Shown piece after piece: positions 28,803 through 39,173 of a stretch of DNA of 64,000 bases. The notes beneath the pieces were generated by a model, which worked only from the letters and a program-made list of their open reading frames with translations, searched no databases and was not told the origin of the DNA. A program made the translations under genes and the position numbers. The stretch comes from an uncultured delta proteobacterium (lineage in GTDB: Bacteria; Desulfobacterota; Binatia; Binatales; Binataceae). Location of the stretch: NCBI GenBank assembly GCA_963808235.1, contig CAWEEQ010000004.1, positions 2,656,001-2,720,000 of the forward strand, written 5' to 3'. How positions within the stretch are numbered: position 1 is the first letter of the stretch; each line of letters starts with the position of its first letter.

Positions 28803-29821
28803 TACGCCGGCGGCGCACCATAGTGCTTGTTCAATTCAAGGTTGACCTGCAGCACGTTGATCATTTTCTCGCCGACGAAACCGCCCAGCGGAGCGAACGC
28901 ATCTGCTTGCAGAATTTGCTCGATCTCCATGCGCACCTGGGCCGGGTCACGCTTGGTATCGCTCGCCCATTTTGAAGCGACGCGATCGAGCTGGTATTGC
29001 GCGTTTTGCATCGTGATATGCGGGTCAAGCCCGGACGCGGACGCGGTAACCATATCTCCCGGCACATCCTGCAGGTCGGCATCCGCATGGTCCTGGCGCC
29101 ACATGTCGAAGAAGTTCGACTGGATGTCGGATCCGTCCTTGACGGGCTGGATCACAGTCTGGCTCTTCCCACCGGGCAATTGACTGGTAACCGCCGACGG
29201 AAACTTGCCGGGATACTGCTTGGAGAAGTTTTCGAAGAACAACATGGCCAAGTCCGACGGTTGCGGCGTTGGGGTGCCAGGGTTCTGCTTGATCCAATCG
29301 GCGACTTCGGCCTTATGAGCTGCGGCCCAATCCGTAATGTACTTCGCGTGAGACGGATCGGCACTTACCCATCCCTGTGCGGCCGCATTGTGAGCATCCG
29401 CCCACTGCGCCACGATATGCGGCTGTCCGCCGGCGCTGTCCTGCTGGAACCATGCCTCGACGTCCGGCGCCACCAGCTGACCCGCCTTGGGGCCGCTCTT
29501 GTATTTGACGATCGGACCTAGTTGCTGCGCCACGCGATAGCGCAGCATGTAGTTAGAGGCGGCAAGCGCCGATGAGGCCGACGCCGAACCGTCATAGGAC
29601 GCCGCCGAAGGCCGGGGCCAGAAGTACTCATCTTTGGTGAACGGCTGCGCGATCTGCAGCGACCCAACCATCTTACCATCCGGTCCGGTGACCATGCTGC
29701 CATTCGCGGTGAATGGGAACAGCGTCTGTCCGATTGCCCATACGGCCAGTGGGTATATCAGGCAGCAGATGACTACGCTGGAACCCAGCAGCCATAAACT
29801 TTTGACTATGTGATTTTTCAT
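28802..29821 (-). CDS. kdpC: K+-transporting ATPase subunit C (enlarged, about 339 aa)
   Basis: IYPLAV, ANGS, QPF...YFWPRPSA, DMVTASASGLDPHI, INVLQVNLEL. Confidence 0.92.
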   Translation of the reverse strand: MKNHIVKSLWLLGSSVVICCLIYPLAVWAIGQTLFPFTANGSMVTGPDGKMVGSLQIAQPFTKDEYFWPRPSAASYDGSASASSALAASNYMLRYRVAQQLGPIVKYKSGPKAGQLVAPDVEAWFQQDSAGGQPHIVAQWADAHNAAAQGWVSADPSHAKYITDWAAAHKAEVADWIKQNPGTPTPQPSDLAMLFFENFSKQYPGKFPSAVTSQLPGGKSQTVIQPVKDGSDIQSNFFDMWRQDHADADLQDVPGDMVTASASGLDPHITMQNAQYQLDRVASKWASDTKRDPAQVRMEIEQILQADAFAPLGGFVGEKMINVLQVNLELNKHYGAPPA

Positions 29822-29846
29822 TGTGGTTATCCTCACTCAGCCTTGC

Positions 29847-32006
29847 TCACGCAACCAGGTGCATAGCACTCAACACGACATCGATTAGCTTGATGCCGGC
29901 GAACGGAAGGATGACGCCGCCCAGTCCCCAGACAAGGAGATTTTTTCGCAAGAGCGCGTCGGCACCTAGCGGCCGATACTTAACTCCTTTCAAGGCAACC
30001 GGAATAAGCGCCGGAATGATGATTGCGTTGAAGATGACCGCCGACAGTATCGCCGAAGTCGGCGAGTGAAGATGCATCACGTCCATCGCCGCAAGCCACG
30101 GAAGAGTGCCGGCGAACAGAGCTGGAACGATCGCAAAGTACTTGGCAACGTCGTTGGCGACAGAAAACGTGGTCAACGCACCGCGCGTCATCAGTAGCTG
30201 CTTGCCTACTTCGACCACCTCAATGAGCTTGGTCGGGTCGGAATCAAGATCGACCATGTTGCCGGCTTCCTTGGCGGCCTGGGTGCCGGAGTTCATCGCG
30301 AGGCCCACGTCAGCCTGCGCAAGCGCGGGCGCATCGTTGGTACCATCGCCCATCATCGCGACCAGCTTGCCCTCGGCCTGCTCCTTGCGGATGTAGGCGA
30401 GTTTCGATTCCGGCGTAGCTTGCGCGACGAAGTCATCGACGCCGGCCTGCTTTGCGATCGCCGCGGCGGTGAGAGGATTGTCGCCCGTGATCATGACCGT
30501 GCGCAGACCCATGTTGCGCAGCCGCTCGAAGCGCTCGCTCATTCCGCTTTTCAGGATGTCTTCCAGGGCGACAACGCCGGCAATTTTAGAATTTTCAGCT
30601 ACCACCAGTGGGGTCGCACCTTTCGAGGCAATCGCGTCGACGGCCTCCTGCAGCCCGGTCGGGACCGCGCCGCCTCTTTGCCGGACGAAGGCGATAACCG
30701 CATCCGGCGCGCCCTTACGGATGGCTCTGCCGTCTGAGAGATCAACTCCACTCATCCGGGTCTGCGCGCTGAAGGCGATAAATTTCGCATCGCTCGGAGG
30801 GGTCAACTCGTCTTTGGCGCCAACTCCGGCGGCTTGGGCCGCAACGACGATGCTCTTACCTTCCGGGGTTTCATCGGCGGCCGAAGCGAGCGCCGCCAGC
30901 GATGCTAATTTGATTTTTGTATAGCCGGCGACCGGTTCGAAGTCAGTGGCGTGGCGATTGCCCACCGTAATCGTGCCCGTCTTGTCGAGAAGCACTATGT
31001 CTATATCGCCCGCCGTCTCAACCGCCTTGCCGCTCTTGGCGATGATGTTCGCCTGGAGCGCGCGATCCATCCCGGCGATTCCGATCGCAGCGAGCAGCGC
31101 ACCTATTGTAGTAGGAATGAGACAGACCAGGAGCCCTACAAGGGTGGGAACGTCAGTGCCGAGGCTCTTTAGAGGCTCGGACACTCCGAGATAACCCATC
31201 ATGTACTGTTCCGCATTCCACGCCATAGGCCAGATCGGAATAACAACAATCAGAAAGGCAAGGGTAAGTGCGGAAAGCACCAGGGTCAGCGCGATCTCAT
31301 TCGGGGTCTTCTGGCGAACGGCGCCTTCGACCAGAGCGATCATGCGATCGAGGAAAGTCTGACCCGGAACGCCGGTGATCTTTACCACGATCCGATCGGA
31401 GATAACCCTGGTTCCGCCGGTGACTCCGGAACGATCTCCGCCGCCCTCGCGGATAACCGGAGCCGATTCGCCGGTAATGGCGGATTCATCCACTGACGCG
31501 ATGCCCGAGATCACCTCGCCGTCGCTCGGAATGACCTGTCCAGCGGCTACCACGACGCGGTCACCCGGCCGTAAGTCGGTCGACGAAACCTCTTCGACGA
31601 CATCGCCTGCCTTGAGACGGTAGGCCGGTGTCTCGGTGCGTGTCTTGCGCAGCGAATCGGCCTGCGCCTTGCCGCGTGCCTCCGCAAGCGCGGTCGCGAA
31701 ATTCGCAAACAGCACCGTCACCCAAAGCCAGAAATCCAGCGCAATGAAATAGGTGATCGGAACCTGGCTCACGGAAGTACTTACCAGCGCCTGCAGGATG
31801 AAGAGCAGCGTGAGCGCCGCGCCGATCTCCACCACGAACATCACTGGATTGCTCCATTGAATATCCGGGCGAAGCATTAAGATTGACTGCTTCAGTGCGT
31901 CGCGCACGAGCTCTGGTTCGAAAAGCTTTCGGCTTCTGATCCGTCTCGGCGGACGGGGATGTTGAGGTTGCTCAATAATCCGTATCGGTGTTGCGGCTGC
32001 TCCCAT
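29847..32006 (-). CDS. kdpB: K+-transporting ATPase subunit B
   Basis: NPVMF, TGES, IPTTIG, DKTGT, KGA, TGDN, GDGTND, NDVAKYF; ATG 32006 with GGAGG RBS. Confidence 0.97.
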   Translation of the reverse strand: MGAAATPIRIIEQPQHPRPPRRIRSRKLFEPELVRDALKQSILMLRPDIQWSNPVMFVVEIGAALTLLFILQALVSTSVSQVPITYFIALDFWLWVTVLFANFATALAEARGKAQADSLRKTRTETPAYRLKAGDVVEEVSSTDLRPGDRVVVAAGQVIPSDGEVISGIASVDESAITGESAPVIREGGGDRSGVTGGTRVISDRIVVKITGVPGQTFLDRMIALVEGAVRQKTPNEIALTLVLSALTLAFLIVVIPIWPMAWNAEQYMMGYLGVSEPLKSLGTDVPTLVGLLVCLIPTTIGALLAAIGIAGMDRALQANIIAKSGKAVETAGDIDIVLLDKTGTITVGNRHATDFEPVAGYTKIKLASLAALASAADETPEGKSIVVAAQAAGVGAKDELTPPSDAKFIAFSAQTRMSGVDLSDGRAIRKGAPDAVIAFVRQRGGAVPTGLQEAVDAIASKGATPLVVAENSKIAGVVALEDILKSGMSERFERLRNMGLRTVMITGDNPLTAAAIAKQAGVDDFVAQATPESKLAYIRKEQAEGKLVAMMGDGTNDAPALAQADVGLAMNSGTQAAKEAGNMVDLDSDPTKLIEVVEVGKQLLMTRGALTTFSVANDVAKYFAIVPALFAGTLPWLAAMDVMHLHSPTSAILSAVIFNAIIIPALIPVALKGVKYRPLGADALLRKNLLVWGLGGVILPFAGIKLIDVVLSAMHLVA

Positions 32007-32076
32007 TTTCAGATCCTCCGACAAAATGCGCTCGTCTAAGACCAGGGTCCTCGAGTGTCCAGCACACTTGGCGGTC

Positions 32077-33894
32077 CTAACCGCCGAAGGGGATCGGCCC
32101 CAAGTGATCTGCCAGCGGGCCGAGCGCGGCCACTGGCAGGAACAGGAGTGCGCCGACGATCACGATTGTGCCTAAGAGCAGACAGCCAAAGGTGGCAGTG
32201 TCGTCGCGCAAAGTTCCCAGACCGAATGGCGTGCTCTTCTTCATGCCGAGAAACGCCGCCATCGCTATAGGTGCCACGATAGGAAGATAGCGGCCGAACA
32301 AGATGACCAGGCCGCCTGCTATATCCCACGGCACCGCTTCCGCCGCCGGACTCGGGTTGCTGTTGAGGCCATAGCTGACTCCGAGGCCGTCAAACGCGGA
32401 GCCGTTGTTAGCCGATGACGACGAGAACTGGTAGACGATCTGCGACAATCCGTGCGCGCCGGGGTTACTGGTAGCTTTCATTCCCCAACTAGTCGCAGCG
32501 AACAGCCCCGACGGTCCCAGGATCAGGATCGGATGAATCAGTAGCGCGATCATCGCCAGCTTCATCTCGCGAGCGCCGATCTTCTTGCCAAGATACTCAG
32601 GCGTGCGTCCAACCATCTGCCCGGCCAGAAAGATGCCGATGATTAGGAACAGCAGCAGGTTGATCATTCCCACGCCCTTGCCGCCGTAGATGCAGTTCAG
32701 CCACATGCCGACGAAAGGAGATAGCCCGGCTATGGGGTTCAGGCTGTCGTGCTCGGCGTTGACCGCGCCGCACGTCACATCAACTGTTGCTGCCGCGAAC
32801 GTCGCACCTGCCGAGGTTCCGAAACGCAATTCCTTGCCCTCGAGATTGCCCAGATGCTGATCGACCGGCAGTCCTGCCACGGCAGGCAGGGTAATGACTC
32901 GTTTCCCACCGGGCGCACTGGCGCTCGCGATCGTGAACGTTCGACTTTGCGGATGCGCAGTAAGTCCGGGATTCGGCTTCATGGTGTCGAAGTAAATCGC
33001 CCAGACCACTGTCCCGACGAATAACAACAGCATCACCGAGAAAATGACTATCGAGTGCCGCAGCCGCTTGAGCATCCGGCCGTACATCAGGACCAGCGCC
33101 ATCGGAAACAGCATCATGCAGAAGGTGGTAAAGAAGTTCGCTCCCGCGCTCGGGTTCTCGAACGGATGGGCCGAGTTCATCCCATAGAAGCCGCCACCGT
33201 TGGTTCCCATCATCTTCATGGGCACGAAGGCCGCCAGCGGTCCTACTACGATAGTCTGCTGCTTGGGCTGACCGTTGTCCTGGGTGCCCATCGATGCAGG
33301 TTCGAGCGTATTGACCTGGTAGGTGCTCTGATAAGTCATCGGCATTCCCTGGGCCAGGAACACCAAGCTGATGACGAAGGCTGCGGGCAGGAACATGTAC
33401 AGCACCACCCGCCACATATCGACGAAGAAGTTGCCCACGTGCGGATCGCTTCTGAGCGCGCGAATGATTGCCGTGAGGGCGCACAAGCCGACCGCCGCAG
33501 AAAGAAAAAACATCGCCACACAAAAGAATATTTGGCTGAAATTCGAGAAAGCGACGTCTCCCGAATAGTGCTGGATGTTAGTGTTGGTGATGAACGAGAT
33601 GACGGTGTTGAAAATCGTGCTGGGCGCCAGCATCCCGAGCCCGCGCGGATTGAGCGGCATCAAGGGCTGCAGTGACAAGACAGCGTAGCCGTACACGAAG
33701 AGGACCGTGTTGAACACCAGCAGCGCGACTGTGTACTGCTTCCAGTTCTGCGGCCCGCTATCCAACCGCTTCTCGAACCATCCGAAGATTCGCGCCGGCT
33801 TGTAGTCGCCGTTCATGATTCGCGCCATGTAACGGCTTAACGGGATCGCGAGTACGATCGTGAAAACAATTATGGAGATTGGCAGAAGCCACAT
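32077..33894 (-). CDS. kdpA: K+-transporting ATPase subunit A
   Basis: Selectivity-filter segments [26 protein letters not shown]; [18 protein letters not shown]. Confidence 0.97.
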   Translation of the reverse strand: MWLLPISIIVFTIVLAIPLSRYMARIMNGDYKPARIFGWFEKRLDSGPQNWKQYTVALLVFNTVLFVYGYAVLSLQPLMPLNPRGLGMLAPSTIFNTVISFITNTNIQHYSGDVAFSNFSQIFFCVAMFFLSAAVGLCALTAIIRALRSDPHVGNFFVDMWRVVLYMFLPAAFVISLVFLAQGMPMTYQSTYQVNTLEPASMGTQDNGQPKQQTIVVGPLAAFVPMKMMGTNGGGFYGMNSAHPFENPSAGANFFTTFCMMLFPMALVLMYGRMLKRLRHSIVIFSVMLLLFVGTVVWAIYFDTMKPNPGLTAHPQSRTFTIASASAPGGKRVITLPAVAGLPVDQHLGNLEGKELRFGTSAGATFAAATVDVTCGAVNAEHDSLNPIAGLSPFVGMWLNCIYGGKGVGMINLLLFLIIGIFLAGQMVGRTPEYLGKKIGAREMKLAMIALLIHPILILGPSGLFAATSWGMKATSNPGAHGLSQIVYQFSSSSANNGSAFDGLGVSYGLNSNPSPAAEAVPWDIAGGLVILFGRYLPIVAPIAMAAFLGMKKSTPFGLGTLRDDTATFGCLLLGTIVIVGALLFLPVAALGPLADHLGPIPFGG

Positions 33895-33936
33895 AGGCCT
33901 TAAGTCCTCTTCTTGGATGTCAGCGGGTCGTGATGA

Positions 33937-34017
33937 CTAGAACCACTCAGGCCGAACCATCGCGGTAACCAGGTAGACGAACGCGAGGGCCGCCACGACT
34001 GCGGTTAGATAGATCAT
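33937..34017 (-). CDS. kdpF: K+-transporting ATPase subunit F (26 aa; not in ORF track)
   Basis: MIYLTAVVAALAFVYLVTAMVRPEWF*, with the YL..A..RPE.F signature; GGGAGA RBS; directly upstream of kdpA. Confidence 0.9.
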   Translation of the reverse strand: MIYLTAVVAALAFVYLVTAMVRPEWF

Positions 34018-34397
34018 AGTTGTCTCCCTAAATTTTCTCGCAGGCGACTAAAAACGCGAAACAGAGGCCGAGGCCGAGCAGGCCCAATAGGAATGTTGCC
34101 GGCAACCACACTTCCACGTTCATCGGAATTCCTCCGTGGTTCGAGATTCACGATATAAGCTTTGATGGGGTAGCGAGTTTCCAGCTCGACGAGCGCGGGA
34201 CATGGTCCCTCCGCAAAAGTGGCGAAGCGGCTCGAGCTATCCGGACCGGCCATCGGATGGCCGTCGTCATCTAACACTACAACTCGTTTTTCTGAGACAA
34301 GGAAGTGCCAATTGCATCGGATGCAGTAATAGAGTCGAGCCTTGCGCCCAAACAGCGCGCTATCGCACATCGGCCCAATAACAAACTCGTGCCTCAT
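34014..34397 (-). CDS. Hypothetical Cys-containing protein heading the kdp operon (overlaps the 31-aa peptide)
   Basis: MRHEFVIGPMCDS..YYCIRC..GPCP; ORF 34014-34448 with likely start at ATG 34397; stop overlaps the kdpF ATG (ATGA). Confidence 0.55.
   Translation of the reverse strand: MRHEFVIGPMCDSALFGRKARLYYCIRCNWHFLVSEKRVVVLDDDGHPMAGPDSSSRFATFAEGPCPALVELETRYPIKAYIVNLEPRRNSDERGSVVAGNIPIGPARPRPLFRVFSRLRENLGRQL
34028..34123 (-). CDS. Second small single-TM peptide upstream of kdpF (31 aa; not in ORF track)
   Basis: MNVEVWLPATFLLGLLGLGLCFAFLVACEKI*; GGAGG RBS; ends 10 nt before the kdpF ATG. Confidence 0.75.
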   Translation of the reverse strand: MNVEVWLPATFLLGLLGLGLCFAFLVACEKI

Positions 34398-34461
34398 GTT
34401 CGGCACGTGCCGTTCGGAGCTGGAGAATCGATTTCCCCAAAGTTTCATGAGACTGTGCTAA

Positions 34462-34477
34462 GGCATTTTCCGGGCCA
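34462..34477 (-). promoter_or_regulatory. Putative sigma54 (-24/-12) promoter of the kdp operon
   Basis: Minus strand TGGCCCGGAAAATGCC = GG-N10-GC; a sigma54 activator is encoded at the end of the same operon. Confidence 0.6.
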
Positions 34478-34507
34478 TAGCGAAAACCCGCGGAATCAAT
34501 CGCAAAA

Positions 34508-34574
34508 TCAAAATGCACTGCTCGAGCCGCCTCGAGCCCTCTGCTTCAAAATGAAATGTGGAATGCATTTTGAA
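34508..34574. promoter_or_regulatory. AT-rich inverted repeats, candidate enhancer (UAS) for the sigma54 activator
   Basis: TCAAAATGCA (34508-34517), TTCAAAATG (34545-34553) and inverse TGCATTTTGAA (34564-34574), upstream of the sigma54 site. Confidence 0.5.
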
Positions 34575-34885
34575 ATCTCGCGCATGGGCTCGACGCATCA
34601 CGCCGTGAGGCGAGGCAATCGCTGGCTGGCGACATTAGATGCGAAGCGTTGAAATGCGGCTGAAAAGTAATTTGCAGCGCAAGGGTGACTTTCGCGACGC
34701 GGCGGCCCGTCACCCCCAATTACGTACGCCAGCGCTGGCCAGAAACTGGATTAAGAATTTGTGATCATTATGGCTCTTGACGTTAACGATCTGCGGGACT
34801 AATGACGGAATCGGAAGAATGAAGGCTTTGGGCAGGTTCTAAAATTCGAGGCGTCGGCAGCCACATGCCGAAGAGAGGAGCTGAT

Positions 34886-36205
34886 ATGAATCGCGCATTG
34901 AGATGCGGAGCACAGTGCGTCGGCCTCCTGACCGCACTGGCAATCATGATCGGATTCTTCAACGCACCGGCGTCAGCACAGGTGCACCCGGGAGACTTCA
35001 TCACTCCGGACAACGCGGCGCAGATCAAGGACCTCGTTACCCCGGGTCAGTACTTGCGCGTGCTGCACGGAATGACGATCAAAGTCGTTCCGACCGAGCG
35101 CATCGACTGGCCGCCGCCATACAAGGATGCGACCGAGAAATATTCGAGCCAGGTGAGACTGACGGCGGACCACCGGAGCCTGCTTGGCTACGTCGCGGGC
35201 GAGCCGTTTCCGCTCATCGACGCCAACGATCCGGACGCCGGGACCAAGGTGATGTGGAACATGGCGTTTCGGCCGATCTCGAGCGACGAGTACGACTTGC
35301 GATGGTTCGATTGCGACAGCGTCTACTGGGGCAGGAACGCGCCCTTCCGTGAAATCACCGACATCGAGGTCGGGCACTACGCTGGCTACAACGAAGTCGG
35401 ACGGACCGAAGTGAATCCTATGCCGATCGATCCGGACTTCAAGAAAACCGGGCGCTACTTCCTGGGTCTGCTCTACCCGGTTCTGTCGCCCCAGGATGCG
35501 CGCGGCACGGGACTGATCAAGTTCCGCTATGCCGATCCAAACATCCAGGACGCCTCGTGGACGTGGACCCCCGGCGCGCGCCGCGTCCGCCGTCTGAACT
35601 ACGCGATCCTAGACAGCGCGACTGGAGCGCAGGCTTATGATCCGAATCACTACGAAGGCTTCAGCGGCAAGAACGAAAACTACAATTTCAGACTGATCGG
35701 CGAAAAGAATATGCTTGCGTCGATCAACATCGCGCACGTGCCCGACGTCCGCTGCCCGACCGACGGTGGGGCGAGTCATTGTCCCGACAACTGGGAATTG
35801 CGGCATGAGTACATTATCGAGGGCAAACCACGACCGGGCCGTTTCAACTCGCTCTACGATCACGAAGTTCTCTATGTCGATTCCGAAGCGGTCTTCGTCA
35901 TGGCGAACGACATCTATGATCGTGGCGGTCAGTTGTTCATTAACTACACGTCGTGGATGCGCTACTCGGATCGTTCGGAGCCAGACGCCAAAATCGCGAT
36001 CTATCCCTTCAAGCGCGAGTTCCAGTCCGGTTCGTCAAGCATCAACCTGCAGAGCGGTTTCTCGACCGTCTGCTATCACCCGTCGCCGGATGCACCGTCG
36101 CGCGATTCGTGGTTCATCAATATGGGCTCAGTCGATCGCGACTGGTTCACGCCCGAACAGATGGCCGCGGCAGCCGAAGGCGGACATGGCGTCAGCGGCG
36201 ACTGA
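34886..36205 (+). CDS. DUF1329 domain exported protein
   Basis: Signal peptide, GEPFP.ID..DP.AG.K.MWN, P.ARRVRRL, YDRGGQL, F.PEQM; strong GAGGAG RBS. Confidence 0.88.
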   Translation: MNRALRCGAQCVGLLTALAIMIGFFNAPASAQVHPGDFITPDNAAQIKDLVTPGQYLRVLHGMTIKVVPTERIDWPPPYKDATEKYSSQVRLTADHRSLLGYVAGEPFPLIDANDPDAGTKVMWNMAFRPISSDEYDLRWFDCDSVYWGRNAPFREITDIEVGHYAGYNEVGRTEVNPMPIDPDFKKTGRYFLGLLYPVLSPQDARGTGLIKFRYADPNIQDASWTWTPGARRVRRLNYAILDSATGAQAYDPNHYEGFSGKNENYNFRLIGEKNMLASINIAHVPDVRCPTDGGASHCPDNWELRHEYIIEGKPRPGRFNSLYDHEVLYVDSEAVFVMANDIYDRGGQLFINYTSWMRYSDRSEPDAKIAIYPFKREFQSGSSSINLQSGFSTVCYHPSPDAPSRDSWFINMGSVDRDWFTPEQMAAAAEGGHGVSGD

Positions 36206-36270
36206 GGTCAGATCGAGGGACAGAACCACGTGGAAATTTAGCTAGACGCGGCCCCAAGTCAGAGATAATG

Positions 36271-36306
36271 CCGGCGCAGCCAGTGATGGTTGCGCCGGTT
36301 TTCATT
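36271..36306 (+). terminator. Intrinsic terminator after the DUF1329 gene
   Basis: CCGGCGCAGCCA-GTGA-TGGTTGCGCCGG followed by TTTTCATTT. Confidence 0.75.
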
Positions 36307-36362
36307 TGCGTCGCTCCAATCGTATCGCGCAAGCATAACCCTACCGATACAATCTCATCAGG

Positions 36363-37418
36363 ATGAACGGCGACATCGGGTTCGAACAATGGGCAGCGGA
36401 AGCGATCGCGCGGCAATGGCCTGGAGCGCGGATCGACAAAATCGCGGCGCTCAAGGGAGATCTCTCGACGCGGCGATTCTGGCGCGTCTGGATAGCTTCG
36501 CGCCAGAACAATGGCTCTCCACCGACGGCGATCGTTGTCGACCTGGGCCCCGACGATTTCCCACGCTACGTACGCGCATTAGATCTCTTATCCCATCAGC
36601 CGTCCGAGCCGCCGTGGATTAACGTCCACCGCTTTCTAAGCGCGCTTGGCACACCAGTTCCCGCGCTCTATGATGCAGCTCCCCAGCGCCGCGCTATGCT
36701 GATCGAAGACGTGGGCGAAGTTTCGCTGCACACTGCCGCGCTCCATACCGATGCTGACATCTCGGATCTTTTCCGCCTCGCCACGGAGGAACTGCTGCGT
36801 TTGCACGTCGAAGGAACTCTGAAGATCGACGATCGATGCATCGCGTGCGGAATCGCGTACGAAGGGCGGCTGTTTGAGTGGGAGATGAAGGAGTTCAAGG
36901 AAATCGGCCTCGCGGTGGTCGCTCCCGGAGCGGCGCCGGCATCCATCGAGCCTGAGCTTGCGATGCTCGCGAGGCGATTGGGCAGCTATCCGCGCGTGTT
37001 CTCGCATCGCGACTACCACCGCGAGAATCTTTACGTTCAGAACGAGCGGCGGATTCGAATAATCGATTTCCAGGACGCTCTCATGGCGCCGGCTGCGCAA
37101 GACCTCGCAGTATTGTTGACGACTCGCGATACCGACGATGTAGTCACGCCCGCGATCGAGCGCCGCATCCTGGATTTCTACTACGCGGGGCTGAGCCGGC
37201 GAGGCGTTGTCACGCTCGCGCACGGGGATTTTATTACCAGCTACCGATTGTGCGTGCTGCAGCACGCGCTCAAGATGATCGGACGTTTCGAGATGTTCGA
37301 GCGCGACGGCAAGACAGGATATCGCGCGTTCATCCCGCACGTGCTCATGCAAGCGCGGCGGATGCTGGCTGAAATGCGCCGCGATTTTCCTGAGCTCTGT
37401 GGCGTGCTGAGCGCGTAG
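36363..37418 (+). CDS. amgK: Anomeric MurNAc/GlcNAc kinase AmgK-like phosphotransferase
   Basis: GDLSTRRFWR, HRDYH..NL, IDFQDA; paired with a nucleotidyltransferase. Confidence 0.8.
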   Translation: MNGDIGFEQWAAEAIARQWPGARIDKIAALKGDLSTRRFWRVWIASRQNNGSPPTAIVVDLGPDDFPRYVRALDLLSHQPSEPPWINVHRFLSALGTPVPALYDAAPQRRAMLIEDVGEVSLHTAALHTDADISDLFRLATEELLRLHVEGTLKIDDRCIACGIAYEGRLFEWEMKEFKEIGLAVVAPGAAPASIEPELAMLARRLGSYPRVFSHRDYHRENLYVQNERRIRIIDFQDALMAPAAQDLAVLLTTRDTDDVVTPAIERRILDFYYAGLSRRGVVTLAHGDFITSYRLCVLQHALKMIGRFEMFERDGKTGYRAFIPHVLMQARRMLAEMRRDFPELCGVLSA

Positions 37419-37437
37419 CGTGAGAGTCTGAAAGCAA

Positions 37438-38217
37438 ATGCGAGCACTGGTACTGGCAGCGGGAATGGGAGAGCGGCTGCGGCCGCTCAGCCTCGAAACT
37501 CCGAAGCCCATGCTCCCGATCGCCGGACGGCCGCTGATTCATTATCCGCTCGCGATGCTGAAGCGGGCGGGAATCACCGAGGTCGCAATCAACGTCCATC
37601 ACCTGGCTGGCAAGATTCAAGATGGACTCGGCGACGGTTCGCGACTTGGATTGCGCATCACGTATGCGCCCGAGCCCGTGCTGCTGGGCACCGGCGGTCC
37701 GCTCAACGGTTTGCGCGAGTACCTCGGCGGGGGCTCATTTGTGATCGCTAACGGCGACACGATTCTGGATCTCGATCTCGGCGCCATGATCGCCGTGCAT
37801 CGCGATCGCGCCGCGCTCGCAACGATCGCACTCTTCAAGCCCGCAAATCTCGACTACTACAGTTTGATCGAAATCGACACCGACGAGCGAATCCGCCGCA
37901 TGCGCCTGCTCAAGCGCCGCAGTCCGCTCGAATTTGACGATTTCCCCAAAGACCTCGCACCAGCCGCCGCGTCAGCGCTTTCATCGTACATGTATTGCGG
38001 CGTGATCGTCGCGGAACCCGCCGTCCTCGACCTGGTACCGGCGCCGCCGCCGTGGAGCCTGATGACGGGGTTGTTCGCACCGATGGTCTCCGCCGGGTTG
38101 CCGGTATTCGGCCGGGTGCATCGCGGCTACTTCCGCACCATCGACGATTTACAAAGTTACGACGCGTTGAAGGCCGAGTTCGCGTCGTCGCCGCCCAAAG
38201 ATTTCTTTGCTGATTAG
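37438..38217 (+). CDS. murU: MurNAc-1-phosphate uridylyltransferase-like NDP-sugar synthase
   Basis: LAAGMGERLRPL...PKP, LGTGG, NGD; follows the amgK-like gene. Confidence 0.75.
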   Translation: MRALVLAAGMGERLRPLSLETPKPMLPIAGRPLIHYPLAMLKRAGITEVAINVHHLAGKIQDGLGDGSRLGLRITYAPEPVLLGTGGPLNGLREYLGGGSFVIANGDTILDLDLGAMIAVHRDRAALATIALFKPANLDYYSLIEIDTDERIRRMRLLKRRSPLEFDDFPKDLAPAAASALSSYMYCGVIVAEPAVLDLVPAPPPWSLMTGLFAPMVSAGLPVFGRVHRGYFRTIDDLQSYDALKAEFASSPPKDFFAD

Positions 38218-38221
38218 TCGA

Positions 38222-39160
38222 CTACCAGTGCATGAACGCCGCGATCAGGAACGCAGCTATCATCAGCAAGCCGAACTCCATGTGAAGCTGGACAGAACGG
38301 AACAGTGCGAGGTTGAGCTTCTTCGGCGCGCTCTCTCGCATCACGATTCGAATCTGGTCGAGCGCGCGCGGCACCGTGATGAAAACGACCAGCGCAATCC
38401 ACGGGAGCGTATGCGCGAGCACGGCCGCAATCGTCGTCGCGTAGGCGGCAACATCGAGCGCAACGAGTTCGTAATTGGCGCCAGTGCGTCCGAGCATCGT
38501 CGCAATCGTTCGCTTTCCGTGGCGCGTGTCGCTCTCGATGTCGCGAATATTATTTGCGTGCAAGATTCCGGCGACCATGAAACCGAGCGGTATCGACGCC
38601 CACAAAGCCGTAGCAGAGAAATGCAGCGCCATGACAAAATACGCGCCGAGCACGATCACCGGACCCATGAAGACGAACACGGTCAACTCGCCGAGCGCCA
38701 CGTACGCAAGTGACACCGGGCTCGCGGTATAGAAGTAGCCGGCCGCGATGCTCGGAATTCCGAGCGCGAGGATCGGCCACCCGCAAAGCGAGACCAGGAT
38801 AAGTCCGATCACAGCGCCGATCGCGAACGCTAAGATTCCGCCGCGCCAGACCTGCTCCGGCGTCAGCAGTCCGCGCTGAATTACCATGCTCGGCCCTAGC
38901 GACTCCTCGGAATCGGCGCCGCTGCGGTAATCGTAGTAGTCGTTGATAAGGTTGGTGCCGGCCTGGATCGCGATCGCGCCGACCAGCGCGAGAACCATGC
39001 GGCCCAGGGAGAAATATCCGGCACGCGCCGCAATCGCGACCCCGAGAAACACCGGGATCGCGGCCGCACTCAGCGATGGCGCGCGAACCGCCTGAATCCA
39101 AATCGAGAAGGCGCTCGGGCGCGTTCCGCCTTCGTGTGAAATTACGCCAGCGTCAGCCAT
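38222..39160 (-). CDS. menA: 1,4-dihydroxy-2-naphthoate polyprenyltransferase
   Basis: NLINDYYD...G.D, ANNIRDIESD...GK.T UbiA/MenA motifs; multi-TM. Confidence 0.9.
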   Translation of the reverse strand: MADAGVISHEGGTRPSAFSIWIQAVRAPSLSAAAIPVFLGVAIAARAGYFSLGRMVLALVGAIAIQAGTNLINDYYDYRSGADSEESLGPSMVIQRGLLTPEQVWRGGILAFAIGAVIGLILVSLCGWPILALGIPSIAAGYFYTASPVSLAYVALGELTVFVFMGPVIVLGAYFVMALHFSATALWASIPLGFMVAGILHANNIRDIESDTRHGKRTIATMLGRTGANYELVALDVAAYATTIAAVLAHTLPWIALVVFITVPRALDQIRIVMRESAPKKLNLALFRSVQLHMEFGLLMIAAFLIAAFMHW

Positions 39161-39173
39161 GGTGATCTGGAAG

